A stretch of 64,000 bases of DNA from a virus (taxonomy: Duplodnaviria > Heunggongvirae > Uroviricota > Caudoviricetes), in IMG/VR virus record IMGVR_UViG_3300012925_000006; one strand, given 5' to 3'. Numbering within the stretch: the stretch's first letter is position 1; each line of letters starts with the position of its first letter. Shown one piece after another: positions 47,070 to 57,830 of this stretch. Below the pieces are notes generated by a model that saw nothing but the letters and a program-made list of their open reading frames with translations, was not told the origin of the DNA and did not search any database. The translations under genes were made by a program, and so were the position numbers.

Positions 47070-47174
47070 AGATATTCATTTACACTAAATATACGGATAA
47101 TTATCAAAAAAGCCCCCGTGATTGGAGGCTTTTGACCTGTTTTACCACAGGATATAATATTATTAATCAATTAG

Positions 47175-47762
47175 TTAGTTGGCACAAACACCAGCGGCCA
47201 CCGTATCTGATCCCATTGCAACTATAGTCGTATAGTATGATTGGAATTGATAGTGGCTGACACCTGTGATATGACTCTTCACCAACAAGCTGCCTCCCAA
47301 AACTTGATTTTGATAATCCAAGGAGGCCTGATTAATATCATTAACTCCGCCACTATCCAACCGCTGGATACAGAACGTATTAAGTGTTAAGGGAGTGAAT
47401 GCAGGCGCAAATCCACCATATTGGTTTGCTATGATAGCTGGGACTGCTCCACAACAGGCATCACAAGCAGATTGAAATGCTGCCAAGGTAGTTACATCTA
47501 CCATTACGTCCTTATTGTCCTGTTCAATCCAGAAACCTGATAGCGTATTGGCATCCAATAACTCAACGGAGCTAGGCGCAAAAGTTACAACGTAATCAAT
47601 AGTGGTTCCATCTCCTGGGAAAAGCCTTCTCAGAAGCCAAACTGGACGGGGGGAAAATGCCTGTAGGCGCTCGCAATTGATGGAAATTTGAGTGCCAGTA
47701 TCACCATTGTAAGTACTTGTAGTACCATCATAAATTACATACGCATTTACTAAATTAGGCAT
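47175..47762 (-). CDS. Hypothetical head/tail-junction-region protein, 195 aa
   Basis: ORF track. Confidence 0.55.
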   Translation of the reverse strand: MPNLVNAYVIYDGTTSTYNGDTGTQISINCERLQAFSPRPVWLLRRLFPGDGTTIDYVVTFAPSSVELLDANTLSGFWIEQDNKDVMVDVTTLAAFQSACDACCGAVPAIIANQYGGFAPAFTPLTLNTFCIQRLDSGGVNDINQASLDYQNQVLGGSLLVKSHITGVSHYQFQSYYTTIVAMGSDTVAAGVCAN

Positions 47763-47768
47763 CTGTGA

Positions 47769-48758
47769 TTATTTAAGTGTATCAGTAATTTTTTGCAAAC
47801 TATTTACTGCTTCGTAAACTTCTGGCTCTAAGCAGTTTTCAAAAATCCAATCCAGCATTTTTTCTCCTTTTTCAGGCACATCAGAAAGGAGTAACTCTTT
47901 TTTATTAGTGCCAGCGGCGATATGGCCGTCTTTAGTCAAATCAAACAGTTTATAAGATCGGGCTTTTTCGATAACAGCCGAAACATTGGTCTTATACTTA
48001 TTGATCTTATTGGCAAAATCCTGTGGGGCCTGATCAGCTTGATTCTGAAGCCATGTATACAATTCTCCGGCATCGTCCTTATTGACATTTTCAGATTTGA
48101 TCACATCTTTGACAATCTCAAATAGATTACGAACGGATTCTGGCTTATTGGCAGAGGCTTTTACGATTAACAGGCAGTCCGATTTGGTATCAATCAATTT
48201 ACTTGCCTGATCCGTATTATCATCTTCTGTCACTTCTGTATACATCCATCCATCTGCTTCTGGATTACAGGATATGCTCTTGTCATTATGGTGATGTATT
48301 TTAAGCATCTCGATAAGGCCCTTATGTTCGTCTTCATCATAGGTATTATACCCATGTGAGAAGGTGATTAAAGAAATTGGATCTCCTCCCTCCAAGAAGC
48401 CATCTACGACCTTTACGCCTAGTTTGGTGTCTTGATAATCCTTATCGATAGTCTGATAACCGGGGATGTACCTAGCACGAATCATCGTACCTTTCTTATC
48501 CCCCCATTTCAGCCACTTTATTTCCCCCTGATATTCATCATCGTCAACACGCAGTATTCTGTCAGGAATGGCCCCCTTTTTGTTTAAACGAACACCCCAT
48601 GCCTGAGTGCCGTTAGGGATACCCAAGACTCCTACTTGAATGGATACGGGACTAGTAGTTCCTTTAATAATGTCGTTCCGGCCTTTTTCAAGGAACCCGG
48701 CAACGGCATTACTGCCCTCTCTTTTCCTTCCTGCGTGTATGCGATATTTTTGACCCAT
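47769..48758 (-). CDS. Hypothetical structural protein, 329 aa, directly downstream of the capsid-like gene
   Basis: ORF track. Confidence 0.6.
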   Translation of the reverse strand: MGQKYRIHAGRKREGSNAVAGFLEKGRNDIIKGTTSPVSIQVGVLGIPNGTQAWGVRLNKKGAIPDRILRVDDDEYQGEIKWLKWGDKKGTMIRARYIPGYQTIDKDYQDTKLGVKVVDGFLEGGDPISLITFSHGYNTYDEDEHKGLIEMLKIHHHNDKSISCNPEADGWMYTEVTEDDNTDQASKLIDTKSDCLLIVKASANKPESVRNLFEIVKDVIKSENVNKDDAGELYTWLQNQADQAPQDFANKINKYKTNVSAVIEKARSYKLFDLTKDGHIAAGTNKKELLLSDVPEKGEKMLDWIFENCLEPEVYEAVNSLQKITDTLK

Positions 48759-48770
48759 AAATGATTAATA

Positions 48771-50237
48771 TTAAGCTACCTGAGCGTTTGATGCACCTCT
48801 CCAAATCATTCCCAAACGAGTAGGAGCATGAATTTCCATGCCGAAGGTATCTTTGATACCAATCCGGAGATTCCTTTCCAGGCGTTCCCTGGCATCGTCA
48901 ATCCATATTCTCATATCCTTGCCGGGTTCTGCTCCTTCGATGTTGACGAATTCAACGATTGGAACACGATTCCCCATTGTATCAGAGAAGGCTTTCAGCG
49001 GCAACAGCATAGCGAAATTAGAGAGGATATGACCGTAGCGATAAGAATCGAACATATCGACCTTCATAGCCCGGAAATTATATTCGTTATATGTGAAATC
49101 CTTGAAATCGAAGTAGGTAAAGTTACGGCTACCTTCACCACCTTCACCGAACAGACGGTATTGGTAACTTTGTTTCTGATTGCGAACTATTGCCGCAATT
49201 GCTTCGCTCCAATCGATGGCGAAGTTAAAATCATGCGCCAACAGGTAGTCATTCGACCCATTGATCTTACGAAGATTCTTGATCATGGTGAATAACAGAC
49301 TCTTGAACGATCCAGACATGAAGTTATCGTAAGAGAAGTTAAACATACCATATTTTTCAATGGTCGGAATCATTCCGTTGAAACCTTCGCTCTTTTGGTA
49401 ATCTCTCTGGTCGAACAGGGCTTTTAAGTTCCTGTTCATAATCAGCTTTCCTTCTGCCTTTTGGCTCAGTTGAGGAGCATACCAATAGTCGATAGAATTA
49501 CCAAATGGATCAAGACCCTTCTTGATAAAGAAGTTTTTATTGTAGACAAAGTTGTCAATTTCAGATTCATCTACAGCTAAGCCGTCTTCATACTTTTGCA
49601 CCCAAGACTGGTAAAGAATAGGAGGATTTCCTACTTCACCATGTGTCTGGATTGGACCAGTCGCATTAATGTCGTAAGACTTCATGGGAGACTGAACCAG
49701 AATGTAAGTGGCTTTAGTCGTAAGGTCAAGCACTTCTCCATTAATAGGCGAAAGCGTAACACTAATATTTCCGGCAGCAGTTTCGGTAACACCTGTGATG
49801 TTTACCTTCTGACGGTTGTGTTTGAAAAATCCTTGAAAACCGGCAATAGGCTTGGAGAAGAGCCCGTTCTGACTCATGGAGAATCGATTAATAGCAACGG
49901 TTACAGACTGGCCGCCAACTGGGACGCCAGCAGAAGACTTTAAAACGGAAAATGCCGCTGTCTCAAAAATGTCATATTCAGCCCAATAGAAGGTATTAGC
50001 CTTGACCATTTTCTTGTCAGTTCCCAAAAGGGCTTGAATCTGGGACCATAGACCCCACAGACCGCTATCCTGATAAGGGAGTACAATGGAGGCTTCCCCA
50101 CTGATATTACCCCTAATTTCCGGATTAAATACCATCTGAGCTAAAGGGTCATACATCTGCAAAGCAGTTTGCCCTTTAATTGTCGCATCAATGGCATAAG
50201 AGCCGCCTTCTGAGAAAAACTTATTATAATCTGGCAT
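48771..50237 (-). CDS. Putative major capsid protein (488 aa)
   Basis: Position right after a scaffold-like acidic coiled-coil gene and downstream of the portal-like gene (classic portal-scaffold-capsid order); no motif-level confirmation possible. Confidence 0.45.
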   Translation of the reverse strand: MPDYNKFFSEGGSYAIDATIKGQTALQMYDPLAQMVFNPEIRGNISGEASIVLPYQDSGLWGLWSQIQALLGTDKKMVKANTFYWAEYDIFETAAFSVLKSSAGVPVGGQSVTVAINRFSMSQNGLFSKPIAGFQGFFKHNRQKVNITGVTETAAGNISVTLSPINGEVLDLTTKATYILVQSPMKSYDINATGPIQTHGEVGNPPILYQSWVQKYEDGLAVDESEIDNFVYNKNFFIKKGLDPFGNSIDYWYAPQLSQKAEGKLIMNRNLKALFDQRDYQKSEGFNGMIPTIEKYGMFNFSYDNFMSGSFKSLLFTMIKNLRKINGSNDYLLAHDFNFAIDWSEAIAAIVRNQKQSYQYRLFGEGGEGSRNFTYFDFKDFTYNEYNFRAMKVDMFDSYRYGHILSNFAMLLPLKAFSDTMGNRVPIVEFVNIEGAEPGKDMRIWIDDARERLERNLRIGIKDTFGMEIHAPTRLGMIWRGASNAQVA

Positions 50238-50270
50238 ATTCCTAAATTATTAGAATTAAACTTTTCTGAT

Positions 50271-51284
50271 TTACTTTCTTAATTGACGCCTAAGTGCCAA
50301 GTCATTTTCCTGGACCTCCTGTGCTGCATTTATTTTTCCTTCGGCTCCCGGCACATTCATATTTCTTACTATCGCAAAAGGCTGTTCAGCCCCTACAGTG
50401 GACCCTTTTGTTACTCCAAGTCCTTTACCGGCCTCAAATCCTTTTTCAATGGCCTTTTCGAAATAATTTATCTTGATATAACCATTTATCTTTTTGGCTA
50501 TTTTGTCGTTTAGTTCCTTTTCCTTGCTTTCACTATGAGCGTATTCATTATATGTCTTAGGATTTCGGAACATCTTACCCACTTCATCTTTCAGTTCTTT
50601 ACGCTGATCAGCAGTCAATTCGGCTTCAATATGAATTTCTGTTTCCCCATCTTTTACTTTATGGAAACTTAATTTCTCCGGAGTATTTGCGTCAATAACT
50701 CCATCAATGAACTTATTAAAACCGGGGATTTTTGAATTTAGGGTCTGGTAGTCTTTGAAGTCTTTCTGAGCAACTTCAAATTTTGATTCGAGTGGAGATC
50801 GTATTTCCTTTGCCTCTTTAGCGATCTGCTTTTCAGCCCATTTTTTTTGAGCGACATTTTCGCTTTGTAGTGGGTATTGAGTATCGAAGGCGGCTGCTAC
50901 TTCTTCATCGTCCGCATCCGAGTTATCTTCCCGATATGATTTAGTGAATTCATCGCGGACTATTTCTACATCTTTCCGTCCCCTTAGTGATTCCAGTGTA
51001 GAGTATTCTTCAACCGCAAGTAGGGTATTATCTGCTGAAAATTTAAGAAAGTCGGCTTTTTCTCGATTGGCCTGATTAATCTTTTCCTGAGGATCAATGT
51101 TTTCTTCTTTCTGTTTAGTCAGGAATGTCTTTAATTCATCAGGTGAATTGAAGCCATACCCTTTTAATTCATCCAAAGTTATCAATGGGACTTCAGGAGC
51201 TGCGGGAGTATTGACTATAATCGCATCAGTACCACCAGCGCCGGCCTCCGAACCATCATTGTAAATAAATCTTGGGATATACAT
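50271..51284 (-). CDS. Putative scaffolding protein (337 aa, highly charged coiled-coil)
   Basis: Lys/Glu/Asp-rich helical composition; location between portal-like and capsid-like genes. Confidence 0.5.
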   Translation of the reverse strand: MYIPRFIYNDGSEAGAGGTDAIIVNTPAAPEVPLITLDELKGYGFNSPDELKTFLTKQKEENIDPQEKINQANREKADFLKFSADNTLLAVEEYSTLESLRGRKDVEIVRDEFTKSYREDNSDADDEEVAAAFDTQYPLQSENVAQKKWAEKQIAKEAKEIRSPLESKFEVAQKDFKDYQTLNSKIPGFNKFIDGVIDANTPEKLSFHKVKDGETEIHIEAELTADQRKELKDEVGKMFRNPKTYNEYAHSESKEKELNDKIAKKINGYIKINYFEKAIEKGFEAGKGLGVTKGSTVGAEQPFAIVRNMNVPGAEGKINAAQEVQENDLALRRQLRK

Positions 51285-51376
51285 AAAGAATTGAAAAAGT
51301 ATGCTGTAAAGTAAAGTTGATTTATTTGGAATTTGATAAAAAGAGTATATTTGTAGACCAAATAACTTTTATTTGA

Positions 51377-51592
51377 ATGGATAAAAATACCGAAAGATAC
51401 CCCGTCATAAGAGTTCGGATAACTCCACATGAAGCAAAAATATTCAAAGAATTAAAGGATCTATACGGATTATCGGCTCGGAGAGTTCTTGAACTAAGCG
51501 GCTCTTGCGATTGTAAAGAACCAGTTGTTGATACTTATAAAAAAAAACAGGTAGTTATTCCACGTAACATACTTTCAAAAAAGAGATCATGA
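51377..51592 (+). CDS. Ribbon-helix-helix-like (MobC/CopG-style) small DNA-binding protein, 71 aa
   Basis: RYPVIRVRITPHEAKIFKELKDLYGLSARRVLEL resembles the RHH beta-strand plus two-helix signature. Confidence 0.45.
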   Translation: MDKNTERYPVIRVRITPHEAKIFKELKDLYGLSARRVLELSGSCDCKEPVVDTYKKKQVVIPRNILSKKRS

Positions 51593-52317
51593 ATAGAGCC
51601 GTAGAAATCGCTCGTAAAATCAGTAAAGATTTAGGAAAAAACTGGCTATCGGAATTAAAGGAAATAAATCTTTATAATACATTCGCTGTTATATATCGGG
51701 AAAATCTTACCATATCAAATGCTAATGCCATCGTAGCGTTCATTATCTATGCCTTTGACCCAGATAGCCCGTGGATGGATTTACGAAAGGACCGATATGA
51801 AAATAAATCAAAAATATTATCCTCTTTGGGGTTCATTGAAAAATCGGATTTATTCAAATCTCTAGTTAATGGATCAAATGAAAAGGTAAACGATTCCATT
51901 CTATACTATTTAGAAGACCTTACTAATTGGCGATGGCCCACAATATTTAGTCTCATGGATTATCATAGTCGGATGATCCGTTTCGCTAATCAAAAAACAG
52001 AAGAGGAGAAAAAGTTCGATGTAGAAAAAAAAGATGGAGAAAAAGAAACACTTACCGAAGACTATGCTATCGATAAAATTGCCAAGGTAAATCAACAGAA
52101 AGGAGAATTATTACAAAAAGCCATCGAATCCAGAAAAAAGGCTGATGAACTTTTAGACGAAATAAGAAAAGAATTCGTCAACACGGACCACGCGACTCAA
52201 ATAGATATGGGCTTTGCGTTCACGGATACAGCTAAGAAACCAGTAGATATTCTTTCATGGAGGAATTTTATTCGTCAGAGAAATTTAAAAAAATCTATTG
52301 TTGTTGCTGAGGGCTGA
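51589..52317 (+). CDS. Hypothetical 242-aa protein co-oriented with, and overlapping, the RHH gene (moron-like insert)
   Basis: ORF track; 4-nt overlap with the upstream RHH gene. Confidence 0.5.
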   Translation: MNRAVEIARKISKDLGKNWLSELKEINLYNTFAVIYRENLTISNANAIVAFIIYAFDPDSPWMDLRKDRYENKSKILSSLGFIEKSDLFKSLVNGSNEKVNDSILYYLEDLTNWRWPTIFSLMDYHSRMIRFANQKTEEEKKFDVEKKDGEKETLTEDYAIDKIAKVNQQKGELLQKAIESRKKADELLDEIRKEFVNTDHATQIDMGFAFTDTAKKPVDILSWRNFIRQRNLKKSIVVAEG

Positions 52318-54790
52318 CGGCATCAAATGTTTGATTACCCCTTTCAAGTTGGGCCTTGTTATTATCTGCAACTAATTTGTTGTTCTTTATCTGCTCTTTG
52401 CTCTCGCTCATCGTGTGAGCTTTCGCCGTATTCAATGCATCATCAACTGCTATATCTGCTTTTGCCTGAGTGCCAATATTAACATCTTTGGCCTGCCCTT
52501 TCCCTTGTACAAGCATCATAGCAGTTTTTAATTTTGCCTGCTCTAATTCCATCTGGCGTTCATGCATTAATTCTTCCTTATGGGCATTCTCTCGTTCTTT
52601 CTGCTTGGCAGCAACCATTAGAAGGGTATACGCATACTTATAATTTATGGATACTACCCCCATTACCAAACCAACGGCATCATAGGAAACCTTTTCTTCT
52701 TGCGCCATCCGATTAGCCAATTCGATAACATACTGCTGGTTAGCATGTACATCTTCCAGGGATACGGTCAATCCAATTTCTTCTAAATTAGTATCTTCCA
52801 AACCTTCTAGCATCCAAACCTGGGCATTACCAACCACTGACGCAAATTCATCAAACCTTTTTTTATATTCATACCTTTTTTTCTCTTTAATCATGCACAT
52901 AATATGCTGCACGCATCTTTCTCCGAACATCACAAGGAATTCTCTTACCCCTTTTTCTATGAACCATGTGCTATCCTGAGAAGCGACAAGCGCTGCCTGT
53001 ACACCGGCAACGGGAGTTCTTGGCTTTGGTTGACTAAGATCATTCTGACCAAGACATATCACCATCTGAGAATATAAGTCAACAATTATTTTAAGATACC
53101 TTTCGGCTCTCTCAAGCTGACCATTTTTTATTGGAATGACAAAGTGTGAAGGATCAAATGGGAGTGGGTTGCCCTGCTTATCCGTCATTTTAAGAAAGGT
53201 CATATTCCCTTGCTTAATTTGTCTCATCACCTGCAATGTAGCTGCTACCCCTGTTCCTTTACCGTCTTTATTAGCTTCTTCCACTCCATTCAGCACTCCT
53301 CCTAAAAACTCTTCTGCCAAGGCAACCGCATCTACATCATTTATAAGACAATTTTGAAATTTATGCCATGCCGTATGTATTTTAGGCATGAATGCCTGCT
53401 CAAGATCGGTAAAAGAAGGTCCTTCATCTTTCCATATAACCAGAGTGCTTTTAGCATACCTCATATCGATGCCGTAACGATACATATCCACATCCTTTTT
53501 TAAATTGAATATATATCTTGATTGCCATGCCCAATCAATAGCGGCATTATTATTTAATTTTCCATCGGGAGGAGGTACATAATAGAAAGAATACCAGACA
53601 TTATATATTTTTTGTTCTGCCTGAATATCATTTTTACTTTTTTCTTTTTGATCCGGCAGCCAACTTAATTTAGCAGGTTGCATTATTTTTACTTTGCCTT
53701 GAGTATCCTTAACTGCGAAGTTTTCAGCATCTTGAGTAAGACAGGACATATAACCAATCCTTATCTTGGCATTACTTCCTTTTACGGAATCCGCTTTTGT
53801 CCAAGCTATCCCATGCTGAGAACCTGAATTTTTGTTAAGCTCAAAAACTTCTTTTAATTCTTCATTATTGAGAGTAGTTCCGAACTGTCTGACAAATTCG
53901 GAAAATGTGATGTCTTTTTCATAATACCATCCAACAATATCTTCCCCATTGAAGGTACTGAATGGACTAGTCCGTAATACATCTGGTTCGAGATATTCTA
54001 CAATTCCACGACCAGTTGTTTCATCTGTATACCACCTGCCACAGGATTTATTAAAATTTACTATATCCCTACTGAAATGCTCTGAAACAATTGCCCATTT
54101 ATTTAAGTTTATGAGATAGTGTTTGATACCCATCTCGAAAGCACGTTCTAAATCACCCTTGTATACATAAGTCTCATAAAGAGCAAGATCCTGCTTATCT
54201 CGTATTTCACTTTTTATATAGTCAAGGAGATTGTCAATACTATCCACCACGTTAGCGCCATCTTTCCCCTTACCTAATGATTTTACATAATTATATGGGG
54301 ATTGACTTTCTTTTATCGGGGGGAGGCCAATTTGTTCATTGACCTCATTTATCAATTTTCTAAACTCCCGCTGCCAAATCATTTTATCCTTATCCTTCTG
54401 CTTTTGGGATTTGGCATATTTATCTATTTCATTGACCTGTATTTGATTTTCAATACCAATTTTATTCAAACGGGCATATAAATTATTTCGGAGATGTACA
54501 TTAAATGGGTGTGCTTTCCAATCTGAGGCGAAGTATTCGGCTGTTCCTCCTTTTCCTTGGGGGGTCCGGGGATCTATAATGTTTTTATAAACATCCGTAT
54601 CTAATTCCAATTTCTCAAGCCTTCTATAGTCTTTTTTTCGTTCCCTATCTAGGAATTGAACATAGTTTTGTTTGGCATAGAACAAATTTTGCGCTGCCCA
54701 GAGGCGGTTTTTGAATGCAGGGTCAAAAAAGTTGAGGTCCGTATAAAACCAAGTACGGTCCGTAATTAATGGAGGCTTTTTTTCTGCCAT
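52295..54790 (-). CDS. Putative portal protein (831 aa)
   Basis: Size, acidic/Gln-rich C-terminal tail (...AVSPQQQQ), position upstream of scaffold- and capsid-like genes. Confidence 0.4.
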   Translation of the reverse strand: MAEKKPPLITDRTWFYTDLNFFDPAFKNRLWAAQNLFYAKQNYVQFLDRERKKDYRRLEKLELDTDVYKNIIDPRTPQGKGGTAEYFASDWKAHPFNVHLRNNLYARLNKIGIENQIQVNEIDKYAKSQKQKDKDKMIWQREFRKLINEVNEQIGLPPIKESQSPYNYVKSLGKGKDGANVVDSIDNLLDYIKSEIRDKQDLALYETYVYKGDLERAFEMGIKHYLINLNKWAIVSEHFSRDIVNFNKSCGRWYTDETTGRGIVEYLEPDVLRTSPFSTFNGEDIVGWYYEKDITFSEFVRQFGTTLNNEELKEVFELNKNSGSQHGIAWTKADSVKGSNAKIRIGYMSCLTQDAENFAVKDTQGKVKIMQPAKLSWLPDQKEKSKNDIQAEQKIYNVWYSFYYVPPPDGKLNNNAAIDWAWQSRYIFNLKKDVDMYRYGIDMRYAKSTLVIWKDEGPSFTDLEQAFMPKIHTAWHKFQNCLINDVDAVALAEEFLGGVLNGVEEANKDGKGTGVAATLQVMRQIKQGNMTFLKMTDKQGNPLPFDPSHFVIPIKNGQLERAERYLKIIVDLYSQMVICLGQNDLSQPKPRTPVAGVQAALVASQDSTWFIEKGVREFLVMFGERCVQHIMCMIKEKKRYEYKKRFDEFASVVGNAQVWMLEGLEDTNLEEIGLTVSLEDVHANQQYVIELANRMAQEEKVSYDAVGLVMGVVSINYKYAYTLLMVAAKQKERENAHKEELMHERQMELEQAKLKTAMMLVQGKGQAKDVNIGTQAKADIAVDDALNTAKAHTMSESKEQIKNNKLVADNNKAQLERGNQTFDAVSPQQQQ

Positions 54791-55065
54791 TGTTCACTTG
54801 TTTATACGACAAACAGGCAATGGATATTTCCACCGCCTTTAAAATATTTCAGACGCTTTTTTAGACGGTAGCGAAGACTAAGGCATTCCCTACCACTGTA
54901 GCATATACTACTGCCGTAGTCATAAATAACAGAATGTCGCCACTCTGCAATGTAGAACCGATAGCCCCAGCAGCAGAGGTGATATTAGTGGTTCCTACTT
55001 GATAATTATTACGAATAATGCGTAGCATTTGCTTGTTTTTTAGGACTTAAAGATAGGGTTTTTTA

Positions 55066-55782
55066 TTATTCTACAACTTTTTGATCAGAATTTACATAGA
55101 GGAGGACGTCATCGGAGCATATGCAGTCTATTTTTAATCCTCCTGCTTGAATGCTAAATATGTCATAATCATGGACATGTATTTCATTTCCCGGGAAGAT
55201 TCCAAACTTATCTTGGCTTTCTTTTGAGGATGTCAAAACTTTACGGGTATAGTTACTTTCCGTCTCATTATACAGGATTCCAGCGTCGCTTACCCTGGCA
55301 ATGACATTAGGCCTTTGCTCCAAAAATACATACGGTTCCCGGGAATACACTTTCCCATCTCGAACCACTCCTAAGAGCATGGAAAGGGTATCATAATCTC
55401 CTTTACAGTAGGCCAACTGATCACGGGGACTATTCTGGTTGGCATAAGCAATTAAGTCTTCAGTATGGTAGACCGTGACAGCTTCCAACCAGTAAACGGA
55501 CCCATCATCATCTTTATAAACTATCCGTTCATCCATATTGCATAGCTTATAATCTATAATAGCCGTGTCGCCTACTTCAATACCTTGTACATTGTCTGCA
55601 ATAGCTTCTACAATGCCTTCTTGAACGAATAGAGTAGCTTTTCTATCGTCAAGGTCTTGCGCTCCTACATTCGTAAAAAGACGAACCTTAGACCCATCAT
55701 CGCGGATAATATCCTTAGTGAATATACTGTCTCTTGTGTCATTAGTAATCCGTATAAACACTTTATCTTTTAAAAGTTTCAT
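55066..55782 (-). CDS. Hypothetical protein, 238 aa, between the terminase-position and portal-like genes
   Basis: ORF track. Confidence 0.6.
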   Translation of the reverse strand: MKLLKDKVFIRITNDTRDSIFTKDIIRDDGSKVRLFTNVGAQDLDDRKATLFVQEGIVEAIADNVQGIEVGDTAIIDYKLCNMDERIVYKDDDGSVYWLEAVTVYHTEDLIAYANQNSPRDQLAYCKGDYDTLSMLLGVVRDGKVYSREPYVFLEQRPNVIARVSDAGILYNETESNYTRKVLTSSKESQDKFGIFPGNEIHVHDYDIFSIQAGGLKIDCICSDDVLLYVNSDQKVVE

Positions 55783-55783
55783 A

Positions 55784-57766
55784 TTACTGTCTTTTTACTA
55801 TTATTTCATTAATTAGTTCCCCCATTGTCTGATTTGATTGATCAGTCAAATTAGTGAACTGTATTTGTTTAAGTCCTAATTCCAGATAAATTTCAGTCAT
55901 TGTTGGATCAAACTGAGTAGTATTGTTAATATCGAAATTAACGTGACTTCTAAGCGCATCTTCAAAAGGATGGATAGCAACATGATCCTTTTGATCCTCT
56001 TCTTTTGGTGGTGCATATCTTGACTGCATAAGAGATAATCCATCTTGCTTGGCTTTAGCATTACTCTGAGATACGCCATACAATCCATCTTCTCCTTTCA
56101 TTAAAAATCCCAACATTCCGGCATCTCTAAAATCTTCATATACATGGGGGACACTCCTTTCATGCATACAAGGATACCCCATGAACTTACAGGCTTTTAT
56201 TATTTCTTTATTTACTTCTCTTGGATCATCCGGCCTCCATAATAAAAAAGCAACTTTTTCGTCTATAGCTCCTGTATTATAATAGTCTAGTTTTTTATGC
56301 CCCATGAGACAAGCCTGAGAAATATTACTACTGCTAGTAAGTAATTTTGGATAATTAATAGGATCATATCCGAAACACCCTTCCACATTGACAACAGGAA
56401 AAAACAATCCACCTCTTTTTATAAACCTGTTACTTAAATTTACTCCTTTTTCGAGTGAAAAATAAGGATCTACGGACCATAACCAAGGTCCGGTATCACT
56501 CGCCTCTCTATATATCTTTCCTTCTTTTTCTATAAGGATACTACGTACATATGGCCTATTTCTTGGCAACAATCCCTCTATTCCGTCTATCCTATTTTGC
56601 ATTCTTATCTTTGGAAATATTGTAGAGGTTGAGGAAGATAGCAACGCATGTTCCTTGACTAAAGGAAGTTTGTATAAACTGAAGATATGTTCCTTTGTTC
56701 CTTTCTGATATTTATTATGTTCATTTTGAATCCATGCTTCGGCCCTCTCTTTATCCACGATGCCGAATTTATCTGTATACTCTTTAGGAACGTACTGAGA
56801 ATGGATAGCAGAAATAAAATACTCCCAGTTTCCGGATACCGTCTTTCCAAACTCATCTTTTCGTAAAGGATTTGAATTGGCTATAAGTTTATGCCAATCC
56901 ATTGTAGCTTTAGCGGCATCCTTGGAATCACCCGAAGAACTCAGGCAATCAATCATCCCTTGTTTTCTGAAGTTCTGAACAACCTTTTTATTGACCTCAA
57001 ACATTTCATAAGGACTAGTATCTTCTACCTTCGAAAATTCATCAAGAATTGATTCTATTGCCTCTAATCCGTCCGTGGCTTTAGCGGTCGTAGGGAATAT
57101 ATTAATTTTACCTCCCATCCATTCTTCTCCTTCCTCCTGAATCATATTGGACGTTAATTCAAGGGCTTTCCTTGGCTTCTTTCCGTTGGGAGCATAATAG
57201 TCTTCCCGCATCCATTTGGGTCTTCTGGAATAGCTGTCAATGATCGGAACCATATAGCTTGCTTGGGCCTTATCTCTAGTATCACTCTGAATCGTTACAT
57301 AATTGGAAAAGTCACTGAGCATTTTATACTGAGAGAGGGAACACATGATAGTTGTCATTTTAGCCCGGCGTGGCTTTATCCATGTTCTTCCGGTACATGC
57401 GGCCTCTTTTTCTGTCAAATCGATAAAATAGAAAACATTTCGCTCGTCGTCGAAATACATCAGTTTGGCAGAATTATAGGTACAGTATGTTAAATGATCA
57501 TAATTCAGGCCCGTCATGTATTTTAACTCACCATTTATGAGTATAAAAACCCCCTCTATCCATCGTTGCCGTTCCCTTTCAATATATTCAATTCGATCTT
57601 TGGCAGACATCCTTTTTACATCCATAATGGGAGGAGTACGCCAAAATTGATCGTTTTTTTTATGCTGATAATTTAGAATGAGCTTTTCATCTGAAGGCTC
57701 CTTGATAGGTACAACATATTGATATAGGCCATTTTGAAGAGTAAGTATTGTTTCGCTGACAGCCAT
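55784..57766 (-). CDS. 660-aa protein at the expected large-terminase position
   Basis: Gene order only; no canonical Walker A found by eye (only a doubtful ..KPRRAKMTT..); function unconfirmed. Confidence 0.35.
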   Translation of the reverse strand: MAVSETILTLQNGLYQYVVPIKEPSDEKLILNYQHKKNDQFWRTPPIMDVKRMSAKDRIEYIERERQRWIEGVFILINGELKYMTGLNYDHLTYCTYNSAKLMYFDDERNVFYFIDLTEKEAACTGRTWIKPRRAKMTTIMCSLSQYKMLSDFSNYVTIQSDTRDKAQASYMVPIIDSYSRRPKWMREDYYAPNGKKPRKALELTSNMIQEEGEEWMGGKINIFPTTAKATDGLEAIESILDEFSKVEDTSPYEMFEVNKKVVQNFRKQGMIDCLSSSGDSKDAAKATMDWHKLIANSNPLRKDEFGKTVSGNWEYFISAIHSQYVPKEYTDKFGIVDKERAEAWIQNEHNKYQKGTKEHIFSLYKLPLVKEHALLSSSTSTIFPKIRMQNRIDGIEGLLPRNRPYVRSILIEKEGKIYREASDTGPWLWSVDPYFSLEKGVNLSNRFIKRGGLFFPVVNVEGCFGYDPINYPKLLTSSSNISQACLMGHKKLDYYNTGAIDEKVAFLLWRPDDPREVNKEIIKACKFMGYPCMHERSVPHVYEDFRDAGMLGFLMKGEDGLYGVSQSNAKAKQDGLSLMQSRYAPPKEEDQKDHVAIHPFEDALRSHVNFDINNTTQFDPTMTEIYLELGLKQIQFTNLTDQSNQTMGELINEIIVKRQ

Positions 57767-57830
57767 TTATCGCTCTATTTTACGTGTTTTTAGTACCCAG
57801 CAGTATACATGAAATGGGACTGATTATTTA

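Noticed and set aside
55784-57766. Confident large-terminase assignment
   Set aside because: Gene order supports it, but no canonical Walker A/B or nuclease motif could be identified by eye, so it is kept only as a low-confidence positional call. The terminase could lie outside the window.
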